From: Macrostomum hystrix
Taxonomy: Eukaryota; Animalia; Platyhelminthes
Assembly (NCBI GenBank): GCA_950097015.1
Contig: CATNEN010000005.1
Span: forward strand, 186,001-250,000
DNA: 64,000 bases
Reading direction: 5' to 3'
Shown here: positions 1 through 24,422 of the stretch, piece after piece
Numbering within the stretch: the first letter of the stretch is position 1
Layout: every line of letters begins with the position of its first letter
The notes under the pieces: generated by a model
The model's database searches: none
The model's input: only the letters and a program-made list of their open reading frames with translations
What the model was told of the DNA's origin: nothing
Translations under genes and position numbers: made by a program

Positions 1-177
1 AGGACCGGACACGCTCACAAAAATTCTACGTCAGCTGATACACAGACGTAACCCGTAACACACATGGGAGTTCTGAAGTAATGAGAAAAAACGCTATAAC
101 CAATCTATCCCTTATCAAATGTTTTGCATTTTTTTAAGAAACGTTGGTTTGTACTTTGGCAGATAATTTCGACTCAC

Positions 178-12456
<12,279 letters not shown>

Positions 12457-12457
12457 C

Positions 12458-13012
12458 TGTCTGTCTTAGGTGTCTGTCTGTCTTAGGCGTCTGTCTCAGG
12501 TGTCTGTTTTAGGTGTCTGTCTGTCTTAGGTGTCTGTCTGTTTTAGGTGTCTGTCTTAGGTGTCTGTCTTAGGTGTCTGTCTTAGGTGTCTGTCTGTCTT
12601 AGGCGTCTGTCTTAGGTGTCTGTCTGTCTTAGGTGTCTGTTTTACGTGTCTGTCTTAGGTGTCTGTTTTACGTGTCTGTCTTAGGTGTCTGTCTGTCTTA
12701 GGTGTCTGTCTTAGGTGTCTGTCTTAGGTGTCTGTCTGTCTTAGGTGTCTGTCTTAGGTGTCTGTCTGTCTTAGGTGTCTGTCTTAGGCGTCTGTCTGTC
12801 TTAGGTATCTGTCTTAGGCGTCTGTCTTAGGTGTCTGTCTTAGGTGTCTGTCTTAGGTGTCTGTCTTAGGTGTCTGTCTTAGGTGTCTGTCTGTCTTAGG
12901 TATCTGTCTTAGGTGTCTGTCTTAGGTGTCTGTCTTAGGTGTCTGTCTTAGGTGTCTGTCTGTCTTAGGTGTCTGTCTTAGGTGTCTGTCTGTCTTAGGC
13001 GTCTGTCTGTCT
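12458..13012. repeat. 13/17-bp minisatellite TAGGTGTCTGTCT(GTCT)
   Basis: Tandem units running up to the PHLDB acceptor. Confidence 0.95.
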
Positions 13013-13789
13013 GAACAGAAGACTCATGTCTGTCTTGTATTTAAACTTTTTTCCGACTAGTCGACAGGTAAATGCACTTTTCTTGTAAAAATGGCGCCTA
13101 GCATAACAAGTATAACAAAGGAAATGTCAGAAGTAATTTTCTATGACTAGAAATTTGTCCAGCTCTCGTACATCCCGTGCTATTTCAGTGTCTGTGTGTG
13201 CATCCTGCTATTTATCTCTATAGGATTTCAGCTGTCTTACCGGTAGCAGAAAATTTAGCCAAAGGTGGGCGCATTATCGATTTTACTTCCATTTCCACAA
13301 CTACTACTAAATACTAAAAGTAGGTTTCTACATTTCTACGAATCCGGGTCCACGAGTATTAACTGACTACTGAATATTAAATATTTGTTTTCTTTTTTAA
13401 TCGTTAGAACAAAAATTCAATCGTTTTAAAATCGTATGCAATTGACGAAAAAAAATATAATGCGAAATATTTACCGCATCGTTTCAAAGTTCGCTTTTCT
13501 TACCACAAAAAAGTTTTTTAATCTTTTGCTTTTTGTGGGATTTTCAGTTATAGCTACCTTCAAATTTAATAATGACTCATCGTTTCTAGGACGGCGAAAA
13601 AAGATAGTGAATTTGTGTGCCCGCGTGCGTTCTGATACGGTGGCTTGGGGTGCAGGTTAAATGCTTGATTGACAGGGGAGAATTTCACGCCAGGTCTGGA
13701 ACTGTCTACCTGGTTTTCTAAACCCGCTAGGAGCAACTAGGAAAGAGTTGAGGGAGAAATTCCAATGATCCCAATCAATCTGAGATCCC

Positions 13790-15732
13790 GTAGCTAGGGT
13801 CATGATCCGGTAGCTAGGGTGATAATCCCGTAGCTAGGGTCACTATCCGGTAGCTAGGGTCATGATGCGGTAGCTAGGGCCATGATCCGGTAGCTAGGGT
13901 GATAATCCGGTAGCTAGGGTCACTATCCGGTAGCTAGGGTCATGATGCGGTAGCTAGGGTCACTATCCGGTAGCTAGGGTCATGTTGCGGTAGCTAGGGT
14001 GATAATCCCGTAGCTAGGGTCACTATCCGGTAGCTAGGGTTATGATGCGGTAGCTAGGGTCATGATCCGGTAGCTAGGGTCACTATCCGGTAGCTAGGGT
14101 CATGATGCGGTAGCTAGGGTCACTATCCGGTAGCTAGGGTCATGATCCGGTAGCTAGGGTCACTATCCGGTAGCTAGGGTCATGATGCGGTAGCTAGGGC
14201 CATGATCCGGTAGCTAGGGTGATAATCCGGTAGCTAGGGTCACTATCCGGTAGCTAGGGTCATGATGCGGTAGCTAGGGTCACTATCCGGTAGCTAGGGT
14301 CATGTTGCGGTAGCTAGGGTGATAATCCCGTAGCTAGGGTCACTATCCGGTAGCTAGGGTTATGATGCGGTAGCTAGGGTCATGATCCGGTAGCTAGGGT
14401 CACTATCCGGTAGCTAGGGTCATGATGCGGTAGCTAGGGTCACTATCCGGTAGCTAGGGTCATGATCCGGTAGCTAGGGTCACTATCCGGTAGCTAGGGT
14501 CACTATCCGGTAGCTAGGGTCATGATCCGGTAGCTAGGGTCACTATCCGGTAGCTAGGGTCACTATCCGGTAGCTAGGGTCATGATCTAGTCCCTAGGGT
14601 CACTATCCGGTAGCTATGGTCACCATCCGGTAGCTAGGGTCATGATCCGGTAGCTAGGGTCACTATCCGGTAGCTAGGGTCACTATCCGGTAGCTAGGGT
14701 CACTATCCGGTAGCTAGGGTCACTATCCGGTAGCTAGGGTCACTATCCGGTAGCTAGGGTCATGATCCGGTAGCTAGGGTCACTATCCGGTAGCTAGGGT
14801 CACTATCCGGTAGCTAGGGTCATGATCCGGTAGCTAGGGTCACTATCCGGTAGCTAGGGTCACTATCCGGTAGCTAGGGTCACTATCCGGTAGCTAGGGT
14901 CACTATCCGGTAGCTAGGGTCCGGTAGCTAGCGCAAGTTTCTTGAAATGATACGTCAGGCAGCAGAAAATTTGGGATAGATTCACACAGTTCATCCATTG
15001 AATATCTTTGGGAAAACGGCCAACTGTCTTGACCCTCGACGGATAATGAAATGAAGTTCGTGATGTTGGCACGTTGGGCGCAAAGGAGATTTTAAAGGAA
15101 GCTGAACTTGGTATGCACATAGCCGCTCACACACAGAGAGACTTATTTATATTGCGTAATATCTAAACAAACTAACAGAACTGCAGACCTAGGACTGACC
15201 CTAGGCTAGGGTAATATACTCGTATAATCAATGATTAAAATATTCAAGGTAGCTAAAATGATTTGCCGTCCTACTTTTCAATAGGGTCACGGCAAAACAG
15301 AATCCTAGCTACTGGATCATGACCCTAGCTACTGAATCATGACCCTAGTTGCCGTATCATGACCCTAGCTACCGGATCATGACCCTAGCTACGGGATTAT
15401 GACCCTAGCTACGGGATAATGACCCTAGCTACGGGATTATGGCCCTAGCTACGGGATTATGACCCTAGCTACGGGATCATGACCCTAGCTACGGGATTAT
15501 GACCCTAGCTACGGGATCATGACCCTAGCTACGGGATTATGACCCTAACTACGGGATTATGACCCTAGCTACGGGATCATGACCCTAGCAACGGGATCAG
15601 GACCCTAGCAACTGAATCATGACCCTAGCTACTGGATCATGACCCTAGCTACGGGATCATGACCCTAGCTACTGGATCATGACCCTAGCTACTGAATCAT
15701 GACCCTAGCTACTGGATCATGACCCTAGCTGC
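13790..15732. repeat. Inverted pair of 20-bp tandem arrays around a ~370-bp spacer (foldback-like)
   Basis: 13790-14930 unit CCGGTAGCTAGGGTCA(CTAT/TGAT); 15300-15732 unit GACCCTAGCTAC(G/T)GGAT(C/T)AT, its reverse complement. Confidence 0.85.
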
Positions 15733-16199
15733 CTAGGCTTATAGTCTTATCAGCTTTAAAAAATCCTGCCACTTGAAGTAATTCAATAGATTCCGCCGTT
15801 AACGTCCCATACTAAGCCTGTACATAATATCATCCCAATGATAGTAGCAAACCTGTTTAATGCATGTACAACTGCTGTCTGGAGTTAACTGACTCAAGTT
15901 GAGTCATCTCAACTGGTTGCAGCTAGCTGACGCAGTTAGTAATCTCATGGGAGAATGTACAATATATGTACGCTCGTATATTAATAATCCAAAATATTCT
16001 AACTTCATTGAGTCACTCAACGTTCAAGCAATTGTAATCTTGCATAGACAATGAAAACTAAAATTTAACGGTAAATAAAATAAGTAAAATAAAATTTAGA
16101 ACAAAAATTAAAGAAGAAAGTGATAAAAGAAGAAAGTAAAAATGGTAACTGAAGAAGCTAGGAAGGTAGTTTAAAGTTCAAAGTTTATTTATTAGTATT

Positions 16200-16670
16200 A
16201 GAGAGAAGGGTAGAAGGTGAGAGAGGAGGGTAGAAGGTGAGAGACGAGGGTAAAAGGTGAGAGAGAGGAGGGTAGAAGGTGAGAGACGAGGGTAGAAGGT
16301 GAGAGAGAGGAGGGTAGAAGGTGAGAGACGAGGGTAGAAGGTGAGAGAGAGGAGGGTAGAAGGTAAGAGAGGAGGGTAGAAGGTGAGAGAGAGGAGGGTA
16401 GAAGGTAAGAGATGAGGGTAGAAGGTAAGAGAGGAGGGTAGAAGGTAAGAGAGGAGGGTAGAAGGTGAGAGAGAGAAGGGTAGAAGGTAAGAGAGAGGAG
16501 GGTAGAAGGTGAGAGACGAGGGTAGAAGGTGAGAGAGAGGAGGGTAGAAGGTAAGAGAGGAGGGTAGAAGGTAAGAGAGGAGGGTAGAAGGTAAGAGAGG
16601 AGGATAGAAGGTAAGAGAGGAGGGTAGAAGGTGAGAGAGGAGGGTAGAAGGTGAGAGAGGAAGGTAGTAG
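16200..16670. repeat. Purine-rich 19-21-bp minisatellite GAGAGGAGGGTAGAAGGT(A/G)A
   Basis: Tandem units. Confidence 0.93.
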
Positions 16671-17374
16671 AGGAAGGTACCTAGGAGCACATAAAAGGAT
16701 AAATAGTTTGCAAAAGCAACTTACCCGCTAGTTACTCGTAAAAGCAAGCAAAGGAGTTTCCTTTCCTAGAAGTAGAATGACTTTTTTAATAAAACATTTT
16801 TGATATTTTCAAGAAAGCCTGAAACGAGGATAAAAAAATTTAATTCCGATATTCGATGTGACCGTTTCCGATGACTGCCTATATCTTAAATAGGCCAGGG
16901 GGTTTTTGCTGTTCTTCTCTCTCCCATATTCAAGTTTGACTGTCTGACTCACTCCCAATGTCCGGCCAAAGATCCAACCGCACGGCGCCAACCTCAACCT
17001 CCCTAGCGGAAGGGGGTCCTTTGGGCAGGGGGGAATTCTTCCCAATCCTATAGTTTCTTCCCCTATTCCCCAATGATTGGCCTATAGTCTAGTCTAGTTG
17101 CAGTGTATACACGAGCTATATATATATCTGTGTCTAAGTAATGTGCCTGTATGGACACATGAAGTAAACTACTTGCAACCTGAACCACTTCTGCAACAGT
17201 TTCTTCTTATTCAAAGGAAGTGTGCACGTTACCATACGTGAAGTAGCATTGATTTAGTAAAGGACTTTACAGATTTTTTCCCTATGCCGTTAGATAAAAT
17301 ATTTGCATTTCGGTATTTAAACTGCTTGCCAGTTTTCAATGCGTCTAAGGATAACGAAGACGGGAAATTCGAGA

Positions 17375-17745
17375 GGAGAGAGGGGAGAGGGGGAGAAAGG
17401 GAGAAGGAGAGAGGGAAAGAGGGAGAGAGGGAGATAGAGAGCGAGATAGAGAGCGAGATAGAGAGGGAGATAGAGAGGGAGTTAGAGAGGGAGATAGAGA
17501 GGGAGATAGAGAGGGAGATAGAGAGGGAGATAGAGAGGGAGATAGAGAGGGAGATAGAGAGGGAGATAGAGAGGGAGATAGAGAGGGAGATAGAGAGGGA
17601 GAGAGGGGGAGAGAGGGAGAGATAGAGGGAGAGAGGGGGAGAGAGGGAGAGATAGAGGGAGAGAGGGGAGAGAGGGAGAGGGATAAGGGAGAGAGAGGGG
17701 AGAGAGAGATAGAGGGAGATGATAGAGAGGGAGAGAGGGAGGGAG
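17375..17745. repeat. (GAGAGGGAGATA)n GA-rich repeat
   Basis: 12-bp units. Confidence 0.93.
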
Positions 17746-18129
17746 AGACAGACGGGTACAGATTAGAGAAATTCCCAATTCCAAACGCGCCGGCATGAAA
17801 TTTAAATTCTCGATATTTGAATAATTTTAATTGCTCTCGACCTTGTGGCTTGATATTTTACGGAGAAACTATTCTGGCTTAGAAAAGCGACAAAAAACGT
17901 CAGGGTGAGAGAGAAGGATGAGAGAGGAAATGTATATTTTTCAAAAACAGAACATTATATGAGTTTGTAAGTGAAGCCAAAATAAGGACCGATAATATTT
18001 CAATATGGCACGCAATGATAAGACTATAAAATAACAACAAACTAGATTTTCAGATGGTTAAATTTGGCATTGTGTGAAATAAATAGGCAGATAGCACGAA
18101 AAAGGGACAATTTTGTATAACAGAAAATT

Positions 18130-19125
18130 TGTCTAACAGGATGACTGTCTAACTGTCTAACAGGATGACTGTCTAACAGGATGACTGTCTAACAGGATGA
18201 CTCTCTAACAGGATGACTCTCTAACAGGATGACTCTCTAACAGGATGACTGTCTAACAGGATGACTCTCTAACAGGATGACTGTCTAACAGGATGACTCT
18301 CTAACAGGATGACTCTCTAACAGGATGACTCTCTAACAGGATGACTCTCTAACAGGATGACTGTCTAACAGGATGACTCTCTAACAGGATGACTGTCTAA
18401 CAGGATGACTCTCTAACAGGATGACTCTCTAACAGGATGACTCTCTAACAGGATGACTCTCTAACAGGATGACTGTCTAACAGGATGACTCTCTAACAGG
18501 ATGACTGTCTAACAGGATAGCTATTTAAGAAGATGACTGTCTATCAAGATGACGATCTAACAGGATCACTGACTAACAGGATGACTGTCTAATAGGATGA
18601 CTGTATAACAGGATGACTGTCTAACAGGATAATTGTCTAACAGGATGACTGTCTAACACGATAGCTATTTAAGAAGATGACTGTCTAATAGGATGACTGT
18701 CTAACAGGATGACTGTCTAACAGGATGACTGTCTAACAGGATGACTGTCTAACAGGATGACTGTCTAACAGGATGACTCTCTAACAGGATGACTGTCTAA
18801 CAGGATGACTGTCTAACACGATAGCTATTTAAGAAGATGACTGTCTAACAGGATGACTGTCTAACAGGATAGCTGTCTAACAGGATGACTGTCTAACAGG
18901 ATGACTGTCTAACAGGATGACTGTCTAACAGGATGACTGTCTAACAGGATGACTGTCTAACAGGATGACTGTCTAACAGGATGACTGTCTAACAGGATGA
19001 CTGTCTAACAAGATGACTGTCTAACAGGATAGCTGTCTAACAGGATAGCTGTATAACAGGATAGCTGTCTAACAGGATAGCTGTCTAACAGGATAGCTGT
19101 CTAACAGGATAGCTGACTGACTAAC
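18130..19125. repeat. 16-bp minisatellite CTAACAGGATGACT(G/C)T
   Basis: Tandem units. Confidence 0.95.
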
Positions 19126-19253
19126 AAGATAAAATAATTGATAAAGACCAAAATACAAGTACATACTATAATTAGCTTAAAAAGCTCATGGAGGAAAACT
19201 ACTTCACGGCTACACAAACCAATAATGAGAAGCAAAGAATGTTCAGAATTGGA

Positions 19254-22200
19254 TCAATTCTTTAAATTTAGTCTCTCAATGGTTTTCCGAAGTTCCATTT
19301 CAGTGGGATCGACTCCGATTGGCCTCAGGCCGTAGAGCAGGAACTCCATTAGGTACATTTCGCTAGTGTAGTGAAAGGTGGCCGTGACACTGCTGATGCA
19401 CTGACTCAGGCACTGCGGGTTTGAGCACAGTATTCAGGGTGTCTGTTCAGGGTGTCTGTTCAGTGTGTCTTCTCAAGGTGTCTGTTCAGGGTGTCTGTTC
19501 AGGGTGTCTGTTCAGGGTGTCTGTTCAGTGTGTTTGTTCAGGGTGTCTGTTCAGTGTGTCTGTTCAGTGTGTCTGTTCAGGGTGTCTGTTCAGGGTGTCT
19601 GTTCAGTGTGTCTGTTCAGGGTGTCTGTTCAGGGTGTCTGTTCAGGGTGTCTTCTCAGGGTGTCTGTTCAGTGTGTCTGTTCAGTGTGTCTGTTCAGGGT
19701 GTCTGTTCAGGGTGTCTGTTCAGGGTGTCTTCTCAGGGTGTCTGTTCAGGGTGTCTGTTCAGTGTGTCTGTTCAGTGTGTCTGTTCAGGGTGTCTGTTCA
19801 GGGTGTCTGTTCAGTGTGTCTGTTCAGGGTGTCTGTTCAGGGTGTCTTCTCAGGGTGTCTGTTCAGTGTGTCTGTTCAGTGTGTCTGTTCAGGGTGTCTG
19901 TTCAGTGTGTTTGTTCAGGGTGTCTGTTCAGGGTGTCTGTTCAGGGTGTCTGTTCAGTGTGTCTTCTCATGGTGTCTGTTCAGGGTGTCTGTTCAGTGTG
20001 TCTTCTCAAGGTGTCTGTTCAGGGTGTCTGTTCGGGGTGTCTGTTCAGGGTGTCTGTTCATGGTGTCTGTTCAGGGTGTCTGTTCAGGGTGTCTGTTCAG
20101 GGTGTCTGTTCAGGGTATCTGTTCAGTGTGTCTTCTCAAGGTGTCTGTTCAGGGTGTCTGTTCAGGGTGTCTGTTCAGGGTGTCTGTTCAGTGTGTTTGT
20201 TCAGGGTGTCTGTTCAGGGTGTCTGTTCAGGGTGTCTGTTCAGTGTGTCTTCTCAAGGTGTCTGTTCAGGGTGTCTGTTCAGTGTGTCTTCTCAAGGTGT
20301 CTGTTCAGGGTGTCTGTTCAGGGTGTCTGTTCAGCGTGTCTCTGGTCTTACAGCCTTGAACTTGTAATAGTTGACTGTCCACATCCATGGCGGCATCTGT
20401 GCTGGCCCATGTCCAATCATGTACTCCACATTCAGAGGATGGAATCTCTCCAGTGCTGAAGAATCCTGGCTGGTCACTATAGTAACACCAATGCTGGTTA
20501 GACAAGTTCCTGGTGGGAAAGATTGTGATAGGATGTTTAAAAATGTAAACTATCGACATTTAGTGTTACCACTTGACACGGATAATACCAAGCAATATAA
20601 ATAATTTATAAATAGTCGAGCTTCAAGAACAGAACATTTTCGCATTAATTAAATATTTTGACAACAGCGTACTAACCATGATAAACTAAATTCCTTTCCC
20701 CAATTACGTGACTGGCATTAGCCAATAAAATAATTTGTTTAATTATTTACTTACCCAAATCACGTGACATGTCTAGCCAATGAAATTTGCAAGAGAAAGT
20801 CCTCCCCCAATCACGTGACTGGCCACAGCGAATGAAGCATTATGTACAAATATTTGCTTACCCCAATCACGTGGCTGGTCAGTGTTTTTATGTTTTAACA
20901 GTAGAACTACCAAGGGGGGCGTCAAAATCATAGTCAAAATAAAGTGTCTATGGCCTCACCCATCATCCAGTCCTCGGCCGTGTGCCTATTGAGATCGCAA
21001 TCCTTCGGAGTGTTCACACCGCGGACAGCTTGTTTTAGAAACAGTTTCACAGCCGATCTGGACAGAACATAGCCGGCGCCGCCTGACATGTAGCTCTGCT
21101 TTGGGTCCCGGTCGTAATAAAACCATCGACCCAAATAAATTGGCTTACTCGGATCCAGCGGTGCTAGTAGTAGTTTTAAATTTTCTACCACCACAAAAGT
21201 ATCGTCGTCGGCTTTTAAAACAAAATCGAATTCGTCTAAGTTAAACATTTTCTCGGCTGTATCGAATGACATCCAAGTCTTTTGCCACAGATTGTTGTAG
21301 GAGTTCGTCAGGTTTAAGCCTAGTTTTTATGGTTTCACTGATAAATAATAATGCGCATTCTTGATACTTAAAGTAGCTTAACACATTTCTAGGCTAATTA
21401 TTGCGTTTTTTTATAAAAATCGGAATCAGTTTGTAGTCAGAATCAACTAACAGGATATCAGAATCTACCAAAACAGGATTTCAGAATCTACCAAAACAGG
21501 ATTTCAGAATCTACCAAAACAGGATTTCAGAATCTACCAAAACAGGATTTCAGAATCTACAAACAGGATTTAAGAATCTACAAACAGGATTTAAGAATCT
21601 ACAAACAATATTTCTGAATCTACAAACAGGATTTCAGAATCTACAAACAGGATTTCAGAATCTTCAAACAGGATTTCAGAATCTACAAACAGGATTTCAC
21701 AATCTACAAACAGGATTTCACAATCTACAAACAGGATTTCAGAATATACAAACAGGATTTCAGAATCTACAAACAGGATTTCACAATCTACAAACAGGAT
21801 TTCAGAATCTACAAACAGGATTTCACAATCTACAAACAGGATTTCAGAATCTACAAACAGGATTTCAGAATCTACAAACGGGATTTCAGAATCTACCAAA
21901 ACAGGATTTCACAATCTACAAACAGGATTTCAGAATCTTCAAACAGGATTTCAGAATCTACAAACAGGGTTTCAGAATCTACAAACAGGATTTCAGAATC
22001 TAGAAACAGGATTTCAGAATCTAAAAACAGGATTTCAGAATCTTCAAACAGGATTTCAGAATCTAAAAACAGGATTTCAGAATCTTCAAACAGGGTTTCA
22101 GAATCTACAAACAGGATTTCAGAATCTACAAACAGGATTTCAGAATCTAAAATATTAAATACACAGAATTAAATACACAGCTTACACATAAGAGGCAAAT

Positions 22201-22582
22201 TAAGTTGAGATGAACTGCTGCCAACAAAGATGTACTTGTCGCACCGGTTAGCCCACGTGTTATTAATCGCCAAAGCTTTTGTTCCGTAACTAGCTGCTTG
22301 GGTCATTATCAGACATAAAATGCGAACTTTTGTAATAACAAAATCTAATTTTGAAACAGGCTTTAAATTGGGCACAGCTGTTGTTGTTGTTGTTGACATT
22401 GACGACGAATTAGTCGAGCTAGAAACTATCAGATGCTCGTGTCGTAGTCCAGAATAGTTTGGTGCGGCTTGGGTTCTGCTGGTTACTAACAGGATAACAT
22501 GCGTTGCTAGGCAGCCTAGCAACACTCCAAGCAAAAGCTGAGCAGCTTTGCAGCCAAAGTTTGAGTTCTGAATTGCGACCAT
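19254..22582 (-). CDS. C1GALT1: Core-1 beta-1,3-galactosyltransferase-like (GT31), paralog A, ~357 aa
   Basis: Exons 22582-22186 (upstream in-frame ATGs at 22624 and 22684 are possible), 21319-20960, 20509-20352, 19412-19254 (TGA). N-terminal hydrophobic anchor; RILCLIMT...TWANRC; LWQKT; LKADDDTFV.ENLK; [11 protein letters not shown]; ED..G.C; ERFHP; FHY..MY..EFLLY.LRPIG. Confidence 0.88.
19433..20340. repeat. 13-bp minisatellite GTCTGTTCAG(G/T)GT filling intron 3 of paralog A
   Basis: About 70 units. Confidence 0.95.
21450..22150. repeat. 21-bp minisatellite AAACAGGATTTCAGAATCTAC
   Basis: Tandem units in intron 1 of paralog A. Confidence 0.95.
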
Positions 22583-22919
22583 GATTCGGGAAAACTTAGA
22601 AGAGCGGCGTAAAATTTTTTGCATTTGTGGTCGAGTATGAAAATGATCCTCAACTTTAGGATTTTTGGAGTTTAAGTTAGTCATTGGGGTTGGTGTAGGC
22701 TATAGTCGAGTTGAGCACACAATTCTTAAGTTTCTCAAGTTGGCGCGTGTACAGTCAACATTTTTCCAAACTTCTGAATTCTTTATTGCTATCTGCGTGA
22801 AATGATCGCACGTGGAAATGAGGTGGACTAGGCATTTGAGCACAGCTCTCAGTAAAGAGCCTAACCGATATAGGGAGTTGAACTTTTTTAATGTAGATCC
22901 TTTTTTTAGAAGTACTGTC

Positions 22920-23425
22920 TTTTTAGAATTATCCCTTTTCTAGAAATATCCCATTTCTAGAATTATCCCGTTTCTAGAATGATCCCGTTTCTAGAATTAT
23001 ACCGTTTCTAGACTTATCCCGTTTCTAGAATTATCCCATTTCTAGAGTCATCCCATTTCTAGAATTATCCCGTTTCTAGAATGATCCCGTTTCTAGAATT
23101 ATACCGTTTCTAGACTTATCCCGTTTCTAGAATTATCCCATTTCTAGAGTTATCCCATTTCTAGAATTATCCAAGTTCTAGAATTATCCCTTTTCTAGAA
23201 TTATCCCGCTTCTAGATTTATCCCATTCCTAGAATTATCCCATTTCTAGAATTATCCCATTTCTAGACTTATCCCGTTTCTAGAATTATCCCGTTTCTAG
23301 AATTATCCCATTTCTAGAATCCTCCCGTTTCTAGAATTATCCCGTTTCTAGAATTATCCCATTTCTAGAGTTATCCCATTTCTAGAATTATCCCATTTCT
23401 AGAATTATCCCGTTTCTAGAATTGC
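22920..23425. repeat. 17-bp minisatellite TTTCTAGAATTATCCC(A/G)
   Basis: Tandem units. Confidence 0.93.
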
Positions 23426-23447
23426 CCCGATTCTTAAGTTTTTTAAT

Positions 23448-24116
23448 CTCCAGGTCCTCCAGATCCTTTAGGTACTCCAGATCCTTCAGGTCCCTCAGAT
23501 CCTTCAGGTCCCTCAGATCCTTCAGGTCCTCCAGATCCTTCAGGTCCTCCAGATCCTTCAGGTCCCTCAGATCCTTCAGGTCCCTCAGATCCTTCAGGTC
23601 CCTCAGATCCTTCAGGTCCCTCAGATCCTTCAGGTCCCTCAGATCCTTCAGGTCCCTCAGATCCTTCAGGTCCTCCAGATCCTTCAGGTCCCTCAGATCC
23701 TTCAGGTCCTCCAGATCCTTCAGGTCCTCCAGATCCTTCAGGTCCTCCAGATCCTTCAGGTCCTCCAGATCCTTCAGGTTCTCCAGATCCTTCAGGTCCC
23801 TCAGATCCTTCAGGTCCTCCAGATATTTCAGGTCCCTCAGATCCTTCAGGTCCTCCAGATCCTTCAGGTCCTCTAGATCCTTCAGGTCTCTCAGATCCTT
23901 CAGGTCCCTCAGATCCTTCAGGTCCTCCAGATCCTTCAGGTCCCTCAGATCCTTCAGGTCCCTCAGATCCTTCAGGTCCTCCAGATCCTTCAGGTCTCTT
24001 AGATCCTTCAGGTCCCTCAGATCCTTCAGGTCCTCCAGATCCTTCAGGTCCTCCAGATCCTTCAGGTCCTCCAGATCCTTCAGGTCCTCCAGATCCTTCA
24101 GGTCCTCTAGATCCTC
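23448..24116. repeat. 18-bp minisatellite AGATCCTTCAGGTCC(CTC/TCC)
   Basis: About 37 units. Confidence 0.95.
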
Positions 24117-24422
24117 CCGCTTCTGAAATTATCTCTTGTTGAATTATCCCAATTCTTGCACATTCTAATTTTCTAAATAATTTTTCTATTTGTTAAATTA
24201 TCATATTCTTGTGAATTTAAGATTTCTAGAACTAAAATAATCTACCCTTCTTAAATCTATCCTCACATAGAAAAATAAAATAAAATAACACAAAATATTC
24301 CATTTTACCTACTTTAAGTACGTTGCAAGGCATAAAAGAAAACGTTTACTTCAATATTTCGATCCAATTCTTGTCGACAAATTGTGCACACATACGAGCA
24401 AAGAAATTAAAATAATAACTTC

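Noticed and set aside
13790-14930. Telomere-like TAGGG repeats
   Set aside because: TAGGGT is only part of a 20-bp unit; there is no (TTAGGG)n tract.
14914-15120. ORF in the foldback spacer as a transposase or PHLDB FHA exon
   Set aside because: No recognisable motif in any frame and no convincing splice sites.
19421-20459. 300-335 aa Cys/Val/Ser-rich ORFs in three frames
   Set aside because: 13-bp minisatellite artefact inside the C1GALT1-like intron 3.
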